Shown here one piece after another: positions 13,109-22,725 of a stretch of DNA of 64,000 nucleotides. Every line of letters begins with the position of its first letter. Positions within the stretch are counted from its first letter, which is position 1. A program made the position numbers and the translations under genes. Location: NCBI GenBank assembly GCA_963706025.1, contig CAVPLM010000003.1, positions 384,001 through 448,000 of the forward strand. Reading direction: 5' to 3'. This DNA comes from an uncultured Actinomycetes bacterium. Its GTDB lineage: Bacteria > Actinomycetota > Thermoleophilia > RBG-16-64-13. The notes under the pieces were generated by a model. It saw nothing but the letters and a program-made list of their open reading frames with translations. It had not been told where the DNA came from and did no database searches.

Positions 13109-14231
13109 CAGGGTCGCCATCGAAGCTGGGGGCCTTGTCAAGACATACGGCGAGCGGACGGTCGTCTCGGTGGAGTCTCTGCGGGTCTTCGAAGGCGAGG
13201 TGCTCGCGATCCTGGGACCCAACGGCGCCGGCAAGACCACACTCTTCCGGCTCCTGGCTCTGTTGGAACGGCCTGATGCAGGATGGGTGGCCCACTTCGG
13301 CCGGCGAGTCGGGATCCACGACCTGGCGGCCCGCCGGCGAACCGCCGCGGTCTTCCAGCGGCCCCTGCTCTTTCAGGGCTCGGTGGATGAGAACGTGGGT
13401 TTTGGGCTCCGCTTTCGCCGGCTCCCGCGCAGGGACGTCAGGGCGAAGGTGCGCGCGACACTGGAGCTCATGGGCATATCCGGTCTGGCCGACGCCGACA
13501 TGCGCACTCTCTCCGGAGGGGAGATGCAGCGGGTTGCTCTGGCCCGGGCCCTGGTGCTCGAACCGGAAATACTCTTTCTGGACGAGCCGACCAGCAATCT
13601 CGATGTGCACGTCCGCCGCCGCTTCCGGGAGGATCTCAGACGAGTGGTCGATAGTCTGGCTGCCACGGTGGTCATCATCACGCACGAGCACAACGAGGCT
13701 TTGGCACTGGCTCGGCGGGTGGCCGTGATCCAGGACGGGTCAGTGGTGCAGATCGGCACGCCGGAGGACGTCTTCACCCACCCCCAGAACGCCTTTGTGG
13801 CAGATTTCACCGGCGCCGAGACCATCTGGCACGGTGAAGCGGTAGAGTGCCGTGAAGGGTTGTGCATCGTGAGAACCCTGGCAGGCATCCCAGTGGAAAC
13901 GGTCGCGGAGGTGGACGTCGGGAGGTCGGTGGTCCTGGCGATCCGACCGGAGGATGTCGCGCTGGAGCTCATGGGCGTCGCTGCGGCGCCGGCGACGACG
14001 AGCGTGCGCAACCGGTGGTGCGGAGAAGTCGACAGTGTCACCCCAGCCGGTCCTCTGGTGAGAGTGGTAGTGAGGCTCGATTGCGAGCCCGGGGTAACGC
14101 CTGTCTTCGGCGGCGAAGGTGAGGTAATCTCTCTCATCACGCGGGCGTCGGCCGACGAGCTCCAGATCGGAGCGGGACGACGGGTGACCGCCAGCGTCAA
14201 AGCCACGGCGCTGCATGTGCTCGCCGGCTGA
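13071..14231 (+). CDS. tupC: Tungstate ABC transporter ATPase with C-terminal TOBE domains
   Basis: GPNGAGKT, LSGGEMQRVALARAL, LFLDEPT; SVRN and ITRASADEL...VKATALH TOBE motifs. Confidence 0.88.
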   Translation: MPLGRLRPGEESDRVAIEAGGLVKTYGERTVVSVESLRVFEGEVLAILGPNGAGKTTLFRLLALLERPDAGWVAHFGRRVGIHDLAARRRTAAVFQRPLLFQGSVDENVGFGLRFRRLPRRDVRAKVRATLELMGISGLADADMRTLSGGEMQRVALARALVLEPEILFLDEPTSNLDVHVRRRFREDLRRVVDSLAATVVIITHEHNEALALARRVAVIQDGSVVQIGTPEDVFTHPQNAFVADFTGAETIWHGEAVECREGLCIVRTLAGIPVETVAEVDVGRSVVLAIRPEDVALELMGVAAAPATTSVRNRWCGEVDSVTPAGPLVRVVVRLDCEPGVTPVFGGEGEVISLITRASADELQIGAGRRVTASVKATALHVLAG

Positions 14232-14264
14232 GCAAAGAGCAAAGAAGGACGGCTTTCGGCACGA

Positions 14265-15509
14265 ATGACCACGGATATCGGTGACACGAAGACAAGTGAC
14301 ATGAGGAGTGCGAGTATCGAACCCGGTGAAGAAACCCGAGGGACCCTGTTCTGGCAGCCCTACCGGTCGGACGTGACCCTGGCGCTGTTGGCCGGAGGGT
14401 TATCGACGCGCATGGGAGAGGACAAGGCGTTCGCTGAGTTCGAGGGCGGCACGCTGATCGAGTGGATGCGGGACCGCACGGCTCCCCTTTTCCCTCATGT
14501 GTTCGTGGTCACGAGGGAGCCTTCCCGCTTCCACGGGTTGGGCATCCCCGTCGTCACCGACGCCCTGCCGGAGGGCGGCTCGGCTGTCGGCATATACACC
14601 GCGGTCCTGGCTTCTCCCACCGAGCGGGTGATCTGCGTTGCCTGCGACATGCCCTTCGTCACCCCTCGGCTACTGTGGGAGCTGGCGGACAGATCCACCG
14701 GCTTCGACGTCTTCGTACCCCGTCAAGGCGACTATCTGCAACCGCTGTGCGCCGTCTACGGCAAGCGGACACTGGATGCCTATCGGGAATTCATCATCTC
14801 TGGGGGCAGGCGCATAATCGACATCTATCCCGATTTCCACACCGGCTATCTGGACATGGACGACGGCCGCTACGGCGACCCCGAGAAGCTCTTCATGAAC
14901 GTGAACACTCCCGCCGAGTTGGAGGCTGCTCGGCAGGCTCTTGGGGAGAGTGGGGAAGGGGGCTGGCGCGCGGCGCTCCAGCCCCGGATCCAGGCCTTCA
15001 TGGACTCGTGCCCTCTGCCTATCGTGTCTTTCATCGGCAAGAAGAAATCAGGCAAGACGACGGTGGTTCTCGGCGTCATCAGAGAACTGCGCAGCCGTGG
15101 CTACCGGGTGGCGGCTCTCAAGCACGACACCCACGGGTTCGAGGTCGACATACCCGGTACCGATTCCTATCGCTTCCGGGAGATGGGGGCGGAAGTGGTG
15201 GGCATCTCCTCTCCGGACAAATACGTGTGGGTGAATAGCTGCCAGAAGGAGCATTCCCTCGGAGAGTTGGCCCGGCAGATACGGGAGCCGGTCGATCTGA
15301 TCATCACCGAAGGGTTCAAGCGGCAGGACGCTCCCAAGATCGAGGTGTCCCGCCGGGCCAGGAGCACCGAACTGGTGAGCACCCCTGACGAGTTGATAGG
15401 CATAACCAGCGACCAGAAGTTCCCCCACTATCCGGTGCCGCAGTTCGCGCTGGATGATTTCAGTGGATTGGCTGACCTGATCGAAAGGCGTATACTCGTC
15501 CGAGTATAA
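14265..15509 (+). CDS. mobAB: Fused MobA (Mo/W cofactor guanylyltransferase) and MobB
   Basis: LAGGLSTRMGEDKA, VACDMPF and FMNVNTP (MobA); GKKKSGKTT, LKHDTH, DIPGTDSYRF and EGFK (MobB). Confidence 0.92.
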   Translation: MTTDIGDTKTSDMRSASIEPGEETRGTLFWQPYRSDVTLALLAGGLSTRMGEDKAFAEFEGGTLIEWMRDRTAPLFPHVFVVTREPSRFHGLGIPVVTDALPEGGSAVGIYTAVLASPTERVICVACDMPFVTPRLLWELADRSTGFDVFVPRQGDYLQPLCAVYGKRTLDAYREFIISGGRRIIDIYPDFHTGYLDMDDGRYGDPEKLFMNVNTPAELEAARQALGESGEGGWRAALQPRIQAFMDSCPLPIVSFIGKKKSGKTTVVLGVIRELRSRGYRVAALKHDTHGFEVDIPGTDSYRFREMGAEVVGISSPDKYVWVNSCQKEHSLGELARQIREPVDLIITEGFKRQDAPKIEVSRRARSTELVSTPDELIGITSDQKFPHYPVPQFALDDFSGLADLIERRILVRV

Positions 15510-15543
15510 CGCTCAGGGGTCTCTTAGCGAAGGGTGCCGTCAA

Positions 15544-16524
15544 GTGAATCCGCCGATGGGTCAACTTGTTGATTATCTCCGTCTCTCCGTCACCGACCGG
15601 TGCAACTACCGCTGTGTCTACTGCATGCCGCCGGAGGGAGTGCCTTTCAAACCGCACGAGGAGGTGCTCTCCTATGAAGACATGGTGTTCTTCGTGCGCG
15701 CGGCCGTGCGTATGGGCATCTCGAAGGTCCGGGTGACCGGGGGCGAACCACTGGTGCGCCGGGACCTGCCCGATCTGATAGGGATGCTCCACGACCTACC
15801 GGAGATCCACGACATCTCGCTCACCACGAACGGGGTGCTGCTTCCCCGATTCGTCAGGGACCTCAAAGAGCAGGGGCTCGACCGAGTGAACATCAGTCTC
15901 GATTCGCTCGACCCGGGGCGCTATCGGCTGCTCACCCGGGGCGGCTCCTTGGAAGCGGCTCTCGCCGGGGTCGAAGCTGCTCTCCAGTTTGACGTTAGTC
16001 CGGTGAAGCTCAACGTGGTCCTGATGACCGAGTTGCTCGCCGAACTCCCCGACTTCGTGGCTCTGACCAAGGACCGGCCGCTTCACGTACGCTTCATCGA
16101 GTGGATGCCGGTAGGAGGTTGCGGTCCGCGGTCAACGAGTGAATCACTCTCCAAGGACCGGGTGATGGCTGCGCTGGGTGAGTTGGGGGCAGACGGATTG
16201 AGCGCCCTGGAGCCCGTTGCATCTCCCGGCGGGTGGGGCCCGGCCCGCTACTACCGCTTCCATGGACACGAGGGCACCCTGGGCTTCATCGGGTCTGTGT
16301 CGGATCACTTCTGTGGAGAGTGCAACCGCCTGCGTCTGACGGCCGACGGGCGGCTGAAGAACTGCCTGTTCTCGTGCGAGGAGATCGACGTCAAGAGCGC
16401 TCTGCAGGCTCGGGACGAAGAGGCCGTGCTGGCCGCGATCGCGGAATCCTTGGAGTGCAAGACCTTCGACAAGAACGTGCTGCCGGGCCGCACCGCCCGG
16501 GGGATGTCGCAGGTAGGAGGCTGA
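15544..16524 (+). CDS. moaA: GTP 3',8-cyclase MoaA
   Basis: [33 protein letters not shown]; C-terminal MSQVGG. Confidence 0.98.
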   Translation: MNPPMGQLVDYLRLSVTDRCNYRCVYCMPPEGVPFKPHEEVLSYEDMVFFVRAAVRMGISKVRVTGGEPLVRRDLPDLIGMLHDLPEIHDISLTTNGVLLPRFVRDLKEQGLDRVNISLDSLDPGRYRLLTRGGSLEAALAGVEAALQFDVSPVKLNVVLMTELLAELPDFVALTKDRPLHVRFIEWMPVGGCGPRSTSESLSKDRVMAALGELGADGLSALEPVASPGGWGPARYYRFHGHEGTLGFIGSVSDHFCGECNRLRLTADGRLKNCLFSCEEIDVKSALQARDEEAVLAAIAESLECKTFDKNVLPGRTARGMSQVGG

Positions 16525-16525
16525 G

Positions 16526-17116
16526 ATGGACGAGCCTCATTTGACCCATGTCGACTCGAGCGGCGACGCCCGGATGGTCGACGTGGGCGGCAAGCAGCCT
16601 ACCCGGCGCGCGGCCCGGGCGGGCGCGCGCGTGTGGATGGCGCCTGCCACCATGCGATTGCTCGAGCAGCAGGCCTTGCCCAAGGGCGACGTCCTTACCG
16701 TGGCTAAGGTGGCCGGCATCATGGCGGCCAAGCGCACCTCGGAGCTGGTGCCGCTCTGCCACCCGCTTGCTCTCACCCGGGTCGATCTCACTTTCACTAT
16801 GGTGGGCGATGAGTCCCGGGTGGACATAGAGTGCCTTGCTAGTACCGAAGACCGTACCGGGGTGGAGATGGAGGCCCTGACCGGCGCGGCCGTGGCAGCC
16901 ATCACCATCTACGACATGTGCAAGGCAGTGGACAGGGCGATGATCATAGGCGATATCCGCCTGCTCGAGAAGACGGGCGGCAAGGAAGACTACATGAGGC
17001 CGGACGATGAGGCCGCGGTCTCCCCCGGCTCCGCGCCAACGGTCGCCGCCGGCTCCTGGCCAACGGTGGCCCCGGCTCCGCGCCAACGGTTGCCGTCGGG
17101 ACGGTCGTTGCGGTGA
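16526..17116 (+). CDS. moaC: Cyclic pyranopterin monophosphate synthase MoaC (probably fused to the next MOSC domain)
   Basis: [40 protein letters not shown]. Confidence 0.96.
   Translation: MDEPHLTHVDSSGDARMVDVGGKQPTRRAARAGARVWMAPATMRLLEQQALPKGDVLTVAKVAGIMAAKRTSELVPLCHPLALTRVDLTFTMVGDESRVDIECLASTEDRTGVEMEALTGAAVAAITIYDMCKAVDRAMIIGDIRLLEKTGGKEDYMRPDDEAAVSPGSAPTVAAGSWPTVAPAPRQRLPSGRSLR
17024..17094 (+). repeat. Three tandem 24-bp units (third is 23 bp) encoding an xGSxPTVA linker
   Basis: cccggctccgcgccaacggtcgcc / gccggctcctggccaacggtggcc / ccggctccgcgccaacggttgcc. Confidence 0.9.
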
Positions 17117-17601
17117 ACGTCAGCGAGGCCAAAGGCGAGCGCAAGAAGCCCGTAGCGGAAGTCTTCCTGCGTCCGGAGCATGGCATCGAGGGCGACGCGC
17201 ATGCCGGATCCTGGCACCGGCAGGTCAGCCTGTTGGCCCAGGAATCCATCGACAAGATGACTGCTCAGGGCTTGGATGTCGGCCCCGGAGACTTCGCCGA
17301 GAACGTCACGGTGTCCGGTTTGGAAGTGGCGGCGCTGCCCCTCGGGACCACCCTCGAATTGGGAGAGGCGCTGGTGGAGGTGACCCAGATCGGCAAGGAG
17401 TGCCATACTCGCTGCGCCATCTATCAGCAGGCCGGAGACTGCGTGATGCCCCGTGAAGGCATCTTCGTCCGCGTGCTGCGGGAAGGCCGCGTGGCGCCGG
17501 GAGACCCGGTCCGCGTCCGCGCCTGGGGCTTGGGCGATCAGGGCACCGCCGACCGCGGGCCCGTAGACCAGGGATCCGCCGACTCACGGGTGGGCTCGTG
17601 A
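17113..17601 (+). CDS. MOSC-domain protein
   Basis: [34 protein letters not shown] and CVMPREGIF. The same frame reads GTVVAV just upstream of the GTG. Confidence 0.9.
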   Translation: MNVSEAKGERKKPVAEVFLRPEHGIEGDAHAGSWHRQVSLLAQESIDKMTAQGLDVGPGDFAENVTVSGLEVAALPLGTTLELGEALVEVTQIGKECHTRCAIYQQAGDCVMPREGIFVRVLREGRVAPGDPVRVRAWGLGDQGTADRGPVDQGSADSRVGS

Positions 17602-18140
17602 CCGGCGCGAGCGCGAGCGACCCCCGTGCCCGGCGCCAAATGCGCGCGGCTGTGGTGACCCTGAGCGACAAGGCCAGCGTGGGCCTGCGAGCCGACGCCT
17701 CGGGACCCTTGCTGCGAGAACTGTTAGAAGGAGTGGGGGCAGTTGTGGTCGGTCCCTACGTGGTGCCCGACGAGCAGGCCCAGATCGAGCAGACCCTGGC
17801 CACTCTCGCGGATGAGGGTGATCTGGACCTGATCCTCACCACAGGGGGGACCGGCCTTGCGCCGCGCGATCGAACTCCTGAGGCTACCCGAGCGGTGGCC
17901 GATCGCCTCGCGCCGGGATTCGCCGAGGCCATGCGTGCCGCCTCCCTGTCGGTGACTCCTCATGCCATGTTGAGCCGGGCGACGGCCGCCGTGCGGGGGA
18001 GGACTCTCATCGTCAACATGCCGGGGAGCCCCAAGGCCTGCCGGGAGCATTTCGCCGTCATCGCCCCCGTCTTGGACCATGCGATAGAGACTCTGCGGGG
18101 GGAAGCGTTCGAGTGTGCTTCGCCGGAGGGCTCGGCCTAG
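17598..18140 (+). CDS. mog: Molybdopterin adenylyltransferase (MogA/MoaB family)
   Basis: VTLSDK, DASGP, TTGGTGLAPRDRTPEAT, AMLSR, NMPGSPKA. Confidence 0.93.
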   Translation: MTGASASDPRARRQMRAAVVTLSDKASVGLRADASGPLLRELLEGVGAVVVGPYVVPDEQAQIEQTLATLADEGDLDLILTTGGTGLAPRDRTPEATRAVADRLAPGFAEAMRAASLSVTPHAMLSRATAAVRGRTLIVNMPGSPKACREHFAVIAPVLDHAIETLRGEAFECASPEGSA

Positions 18141-18144
18141 GGTC

Positions 18145-19140
18145 CTAAGGGGTCGCCTGCTCCGCCTTTTGCTGCTTGGCTCGGTAGAGACTGGCGTCGG
18201 CTTCCTGCAGTAGGACCTCGGCTTCCACCCCGTCCTCGGGGCAGGCGGAAACGCCGAAGCTGACCTGGAGGCTGGTGAAAGACCGTCCCAGCTTGAACCG
18301 GGTCTTCGCCACCGATTCGGCGATTCTTCGTCCCACCATCTGGATGGCGTTCTTCTCCGCCTCCGGCATCAGGACTAAGAATTCGTCTCCACCGAACCGG
18401 CAGGGGATATCCACGTCCCGTACGTTCATCTGCATGAGCGTGCCCAGGTGCTTGAGAGCCGAGTCACCGGCCGCGTGTCCGAAGGTGTCGTTGACCCACT
18501 TGAGGTTGTCGAAATCGAGCATGAGAAGGGCGAACGGGTGGCGATAGCGCTTGTACATCTCTGCGTGCCGCTCCAGTTCCTGCTCTAGAAACCGACGATT
18601 GTGCAGCCCGGTCAGCGCGTCGGTGTGGGCCAGACGGTCGAGTTCGGTGCTCGACTGCTCGTGGTAGGCCTCAGCGGCCGAAGCGAAGATCTGGTGCAAC
18701 CCGCGACGCAGGATGCGCACCAAGTCCAGCACCTCCTGGTCCTGGTGGCGCATGTTCTCCGAAAGCCGGTCCCAGATCGCGTCCTCGAGATTGTCGAGAC
18801 TGTACGCCAGGGACCCGATCGTGCCACTCTCGCCTCTTTGAAGCAGGCCCAAGCTCGCGGCCTGGCCGTAGTAGAGACCGCCGGCCTCGAACTGGGCAAG
18901 AGTCGTCTCGTCTCCCAGGCAGTTGGCCAGCCCTTCGATAAGTTCCACCGACGTACGGATACTGTCCTGGGTGGGGAACCGCTCCAGGGCGTCGAGGTCG
19001 TCGATCTGACTGATGAGACGGCTGAGCCAGCTCTTGGTGATGTCGAGCTTGTACAGGTCGAGGATACGCCTGGCCTTTTCCAGAACTGCGCCGGGCTCGG
19101 TCACCGCACTCGGCCCCCCAGGATCGCTTACCCTTTGCAC
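18145..19140 (-). CDS. Diguanylate cyclase (GGDEF) with an all-helical cytoplasmic N-terminal domain
   Basis: TDALTGLHNRR, LKWVNDTFGHAAGD, RxxD I-site (RDVD) five residues before an intact GGDEF. Confidence 0.93.
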   Translation of the reverse strand: MQRVSDPGGPSAVTEPGAVLEKARRILDLYKLDITKSWLSRLISQIDDLDALERFPTQDSIRTSVELIEGLANCLGDETTLAQFEAGGLYYGQAASLGLLQRGESGTIGSLAYSLDNLEDAIWDRLSENMRHQDQEVLDLVRILRRGLHQIFASAAEAYHEQSSTELDRLAHTDALTGLHNRRFLEQELERHAEMYKRYRHPFALLMLDFDNLKWVNDTFGHAAGDSALKHLGTLMQMNVRDVDIPCRFGGDEFLVLMPEAEKNAIQMVGRRIAESVAKTRFKLGRSFTSLQVSFGVSACPEDGVEAEVLLQEADASLYRAKQQKAEQATP

Positions 19141-19304
19141 GGGCTAACCTCTTCGCTCAGGATGTAAACATACACTCATTTTATAATCTCTTTGCCCAAA
19201 CGCGCAAGCCCGTGACGCATGTCCTCTCTCTGATAGTATCTCGGATAGAAGTGGGTATATGTTTAGTGCGGACGGGCAGTAGGCGCAAGTGCGTTGGAGG
19301 CCCC

Positions 19305-20429
19305 GTGAGAATAGGATTCGACGCCAGAGCGATACGTTACCGGGGCATCGGGACCTATTCCCGGAACCTGCTTAGCCACTTGGCGGGTTCCGATATCGAG
19401 TTCGTCGTCTTCTGTCAGGACCAGGAGAAGGACACCATACCCCCGTCCGACTCGTTCACCCTGGTATCCGCCAACATGAACCCTCTGGCGCCGCACGGAC
19501 GGGCGGCCTTCAGGAACCTGGTGGAGAGAAGTGGGGTAGATCTGCTGCATGTGCCGAGTTCTTGGGCGCCCACCCCGGTACCGGTCCCCTTCGTGTCGAC
19601 CGTCCACGACGTTACCCCGCTCCTTTATCCGCGCAGCCTGCCACGGGTCCTTCGCCTGCGCTACAAGCGGCAGCTTGGACGCACCCTGCAGGAGGCGCGT
19701 CGGATCATCACCGTCTCGCAGATCTCCTTCTCGGCTCTCAGCGCGTACGCCGGGGTGGATGCCGCGAAGGTTAGGGTCATACACAACGGTGTGTCGGAGA
19801 GATTTCGGCCTCAGACCACGCCGGAAACGCTGCTGGCCGTACGGCACCGCTACGCACTGCCCGAGAGATTCGTCTTCTGGGTGGGCGACTTCCGCCCCGA
19901 GAAGAACCTGGTCTTTTTGATCCAGGCCTGGGCGCGGCTCCAAAAGAGGCTACCGGAGCCCTTGCCTCTGGTGTTGGCGGGAGCTCAGGCGGGAGAGTTC
20001 CAGAAGCTCAAGAAAGACGTGGGCCGGCACGGTATCGAAGGGGCGGTGCTCTTCCCGGGCTTCATCCGGGATGACGACCTGCCGGCTATGTATTCGGCGG
20101 CTACCGTGTTCGTGTTCCCCTCGCTGTACGAGGGTTTCGGCCTGCCTCCCCTCGAAGCCATGGCCTGCGGCACGCCCTGCGTGGTGTCCAACTCATCGTC
20201 TTTGCCCGAGGTGACAGGCTCCGCAGCCCTGCTGTTCAACCCCACTTCGCTCGACGACTTCGAAGACTGCATGCTCCGGGTCCTCACCCAGCCCGATCTC
20301 TACGAGAGGCTGCAGCAGGAGGGTTTGAAACAGTCGGCCCTTTTCCCCTGGAGCAAGGCGGCCGGCGAGACTCTCCAGGTCTACCGGGCAGTCTGGGACG
20401 AGACGCGGACGCAGGCACCCCGCCGCTGA
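19305..20429 (+). CDS. Glycosyltransferase family 4
   Basis: RIGFDAR...GIGTY, TVHD, RPEKNL and FPSLYEGFGLPPLEAMACG. GTG at 19305 follows GGAGG. Confidence 0.93.
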   Translation: MRIGFDARAIRYRGIGTYSRNLLSHLAGSDIEFVVFCQDQEKDTIPPSDSFTLVSANMNPLAPHGRAAFRNLVERSGVDLLHVPSSWAPTPVPVPFVSTVHDVTPLLYPRSLPRVLRLRYKRQLGRTLQEARRIITVSQISFSALSAYAGVDAAKVRVIHNGVSERFRPQTTPETLLAVRHRYALPERFVFWVGDFRPEKNLVFLIQAWARLQKRLPEPLPLVLAGAQAGEFQKLKKDVGRHGIEGAVLFPGFIRDDDLPAMYSAATVFVFPSLYEGFGLPPLEAMACGTPCVVSNSSSLPEVTGSAALLFNPTSLDDFEDCMLRVLTQPDLYERLQQEGLKQSALFPWSKAAGETLQVYRAVWDETRTQAPRR

Positions 20430-20464
20430 AGCCGCCCCCCAGGTGGGCCGGGCGGGCGGTAGGT

Positions 20465-20497
20465 TTGCTTATTCCTTCACAACCACTGTGCTAGACT
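20465..20497 (+). promoter_or_regulatory. Candidate Rex operator and extended -10 promoter of the rex-mqn operon
   Basis: TTGCTTA-TTCC-TTCACAA (20465-20482) versus Rex consensus TTGTGAA-N4-TTCACAA; TG-C-TAGACT at 20489-20497. Confidence 0.6.
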
Positions 20498-20549
20498 CGA
20501 CCCACGGTCCGGGTCGTCGGGCGATATTGGGCGTCGTTCTGGAGGCTGT

Positions 20550-21197
20550 GTGAGCAAGTCAGCGGGAAAGGCGGGTGTTCCCCAGGTGGCCGTTCCCCGG
20601 CTCGCCGGCTACCTGCGGCTGCTGCATCGTCTGGATAAACAGGGGATCAGCAGGATCTCCTCCCGAGAGATGGCCGACCGGTTGGAGGGCAATGCCGCTC
20701 AGATCCGCAAAGACCTCAGCTACTTCGGCGAGTTCGGAGTGCGGGGTGTCGGTTACCAGGTCAAGTTCCTCATCTCCGAGCTATCCCGCTGCCTGGGCGT
20801 CGACCGGAAGTGGAGCATGGTGATCCTGGGGGCTGGGCCGACGGGTCTGGCCTTGGCTCGCCATGGCGGTTTCGGGGGCGAGGGTTTCGACTGTGTAGGC
20901 GTGTTCGACCTTGACGGCGGGACCGTGGGAGAGCAGGTCGGCGGTCTCGCTGTGAGACCCATCGACGAGGCTGTGGATGTCATCCGCGATCGCCGCGCGC
21001 AGATCGCCGTGCTGGCAGTGCCTGCGGAGTCGGCGGTGGAGATGGCCATGCTGGCGGTGGAGGGAGGCGTCAAAGGCATCCTGAACTTTGCTCCGGTGCG
21101 GCTGCCGGCTTTCAAAGGTGTGTTCGTCCATCAACTGGATCTCTCCACCGAGCTTATGGTGATCAGCTTCCATCTGTCCCGGGAGCCTCAGCCGTGA
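20550..21197 (+). CDS. rex: Redox-sensing transcriptional repressor Rex
   Basis: RLAGYLRLL, ISSREMA, QIRKDLSYFGEFGVRGVGY, GAGPTG, GILNFAP. Confidence 0.95.
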   Translation: MSKSAGKAGVPQVAVPRLAGYLRLLHRLDKQGISRISSREMADRLEGNAAQIRKDLSYFGEFGVRGVGYQVKFLISELSRCLGVDRKWSMVILGAGPTGLALARHGGFGGEGFDCVGVFDLDGGTVGEQVGGLAVRPIDEAVDVIRDRRAQIAVLAVPAESAVEMAMLAVEGGVKGILNFAPVRLPAFKGVFVHQLDLSTELMVISFHLSREPQP

Positions 21198-21207
21198 CCC
21201 AACACGG

Positions 21208-22716
21208 ATGAAAGATCTGCGCGACTTCATCAAGCTCCTACGGGACCGCGGGCAGCTGGCCATCGTGGATACGCCGGTCGACCCGATCTTGGAGATCACC
21301 GAGATCGCGGACCGGGTGGTCAAGGCCGGAGGCCCCGCCCTGCTCTTCACGCGCCCGAAAGGTTACAGGGTGCCGGTCTTCATCAATCAGTTCGGCAGTG
21401 ACGAACGGATGTGCCTGGCTTTGCGTTCGGGATCTTACGACGACCTGGCAGCCCGCGTGGAGGGCCTGACCTCCCTGGAAGTGCCCGGCTCCACCTGGGA
21501 GAAGCTCAAAGCCCTGGCGCGGCTCAAGGAGCTGGCCTCGGTGCAGCCCCAGATAGTGAAGACCGGAGCCTGCCAGGACGTTGTCCTCACCGGGGATCAG
21601 ATCGATCTGGATATGCTCCCCATCCTGCAATGTTGGCCTTTGGACGGGGGTCGCTATATCACTTTGCCGCTGGTGTTCACGCGTCACCCGCAGACGGGCC
21701 GCCGGAACGTGGGCATGTACCGTCTTCAGGTCTACGACAAGCGCACCACCGGTCTGCACTGGCACCTGCACAAGGATGCCGCCGAGCACTACCGGGCAAC
21801 GGAGGGTCGCATGGAGGTGGCGGTAGCCATCGGCACCGATCCAGCGCTCACCTACGCCGCCACCGCCCCCTTGCCTGCCATGATCGATGAGATGACGTTC
21901 GCCGGTTTCTTACGCGACAAGGCGGTGGAGCTGGTCCGTTGCCGCACGGTCGATCTGCAGGTCCCCGCGCACGCCGAGTTCGTGCTCGAAGGCTACGTGG
22001 ATCTCGAGGAGTCCCGCGTGGAGGGGCCTTTCGGCGACCACACCGGTTACTACTCTCTGGCCGATCCGTATCCGGTCTTCCATCTTACCGCTCTCACGCA
22101 CCGGCGCGATCCCGTGTACTCCACGACCATCGTGGGCCGGCCACCGATGGAGGATACGTATCTAGGCAAGGCCACCGAGCGCCTGTTCCTGCCGCTTTTG
22201 CGCCTCATTCTCCCGGAGCTGGTGAATCTGGACCTGCCCCAAGAAGGTGGCTTCCACAACTGCGCCTTGGTATCGGTAGACAAGCGTTATCCCCTGCATT
22301 CGCGCAAGGTGATGCACGCTCTCTGGAGCACGGGGCAGATGCAGTTCTGCAAATGCATCGTGGTGTTGGATGCGGATGTCGATGTGCACGACTACGCCGA
22401 AGTCGCCTGGCGGGTGTTCAACAATGTCGATTGGAAGCGCGACGTGATGGTCTCGGACGGCCCGTTGGACGTGCTCGATCACTCGGCCCCGCAGCCGCTC
22501 TGGGGCGCCAAGATCGGTATCGACGCCACCAAGAAAGGCCCGAATGAGGGCCATGACCGCGAGTGGCCGCCCGACGTAGAGATGTCGGAGGAAGTGAAGG
22601 CGCGGATCGATGAGATGTGGCCCGGACTTAAGCTGGGCCAGTGGCCCGGGGCGGCCGGCGACGGGGCGGCTTCCGGCCAGGCGGCAGGAGACGAGGCGGG
22701 GGCCACGGGAGTCTAG
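21208..22716 (+). CDS. mqnL: Menaquinone-biosynthesis UbiD-family decarboxylase
   Basis: RNVGMYRLQ, EGPFGDHTGYY, VGRPPMED, GPLDVLDH, GIDATKK; lies in the futalosine operon. Confidence 0.88.
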   Translation: MKDLRDFIKLLRDRGQLAIVDTPVDPILEITEIADRVVKAGGPALLFTRPKGYRVPVFINQFGSDERMCLALRSGSYDDLAARVEGLTSLEVPGSTWEKLKALARLKELASVQPQIVKTGACQDVVLTGDQIDLDMLPILQCWPLDGGRYITLPLVFTRHPQTGRRNVGMYRLQVYDKRTTGLHWHLHKDAAEHYRATEGRMEVAVAIGTDPALTYAATAPLPAMIDEMTFAGFLRDKAVELVRCRTVDLQVPAHAEFVLEGYVDLEESRVEGPFGDHTGYYSLADPYPVFHLTALTHRRDPVYSTTIVGRPPMEDTYLGKATERLFLPLLRLILPELVNLDLPQEGGFHNCALVSVDKRYPLHSRKVMHALWSTGQMQFCKCIVVLDADVDVHDYAEVAWRVFNNVDWKRDVMVSDGPLDVLDHSAPQPLWGAKIGIDATKKGPNEGHDREWPPDVEMSEEVKARIDEMWPGLKLGQWPGAAGDGAASGQAAGDEAGATGV

Positions 22717-22725
22717 GGTGCCGGC

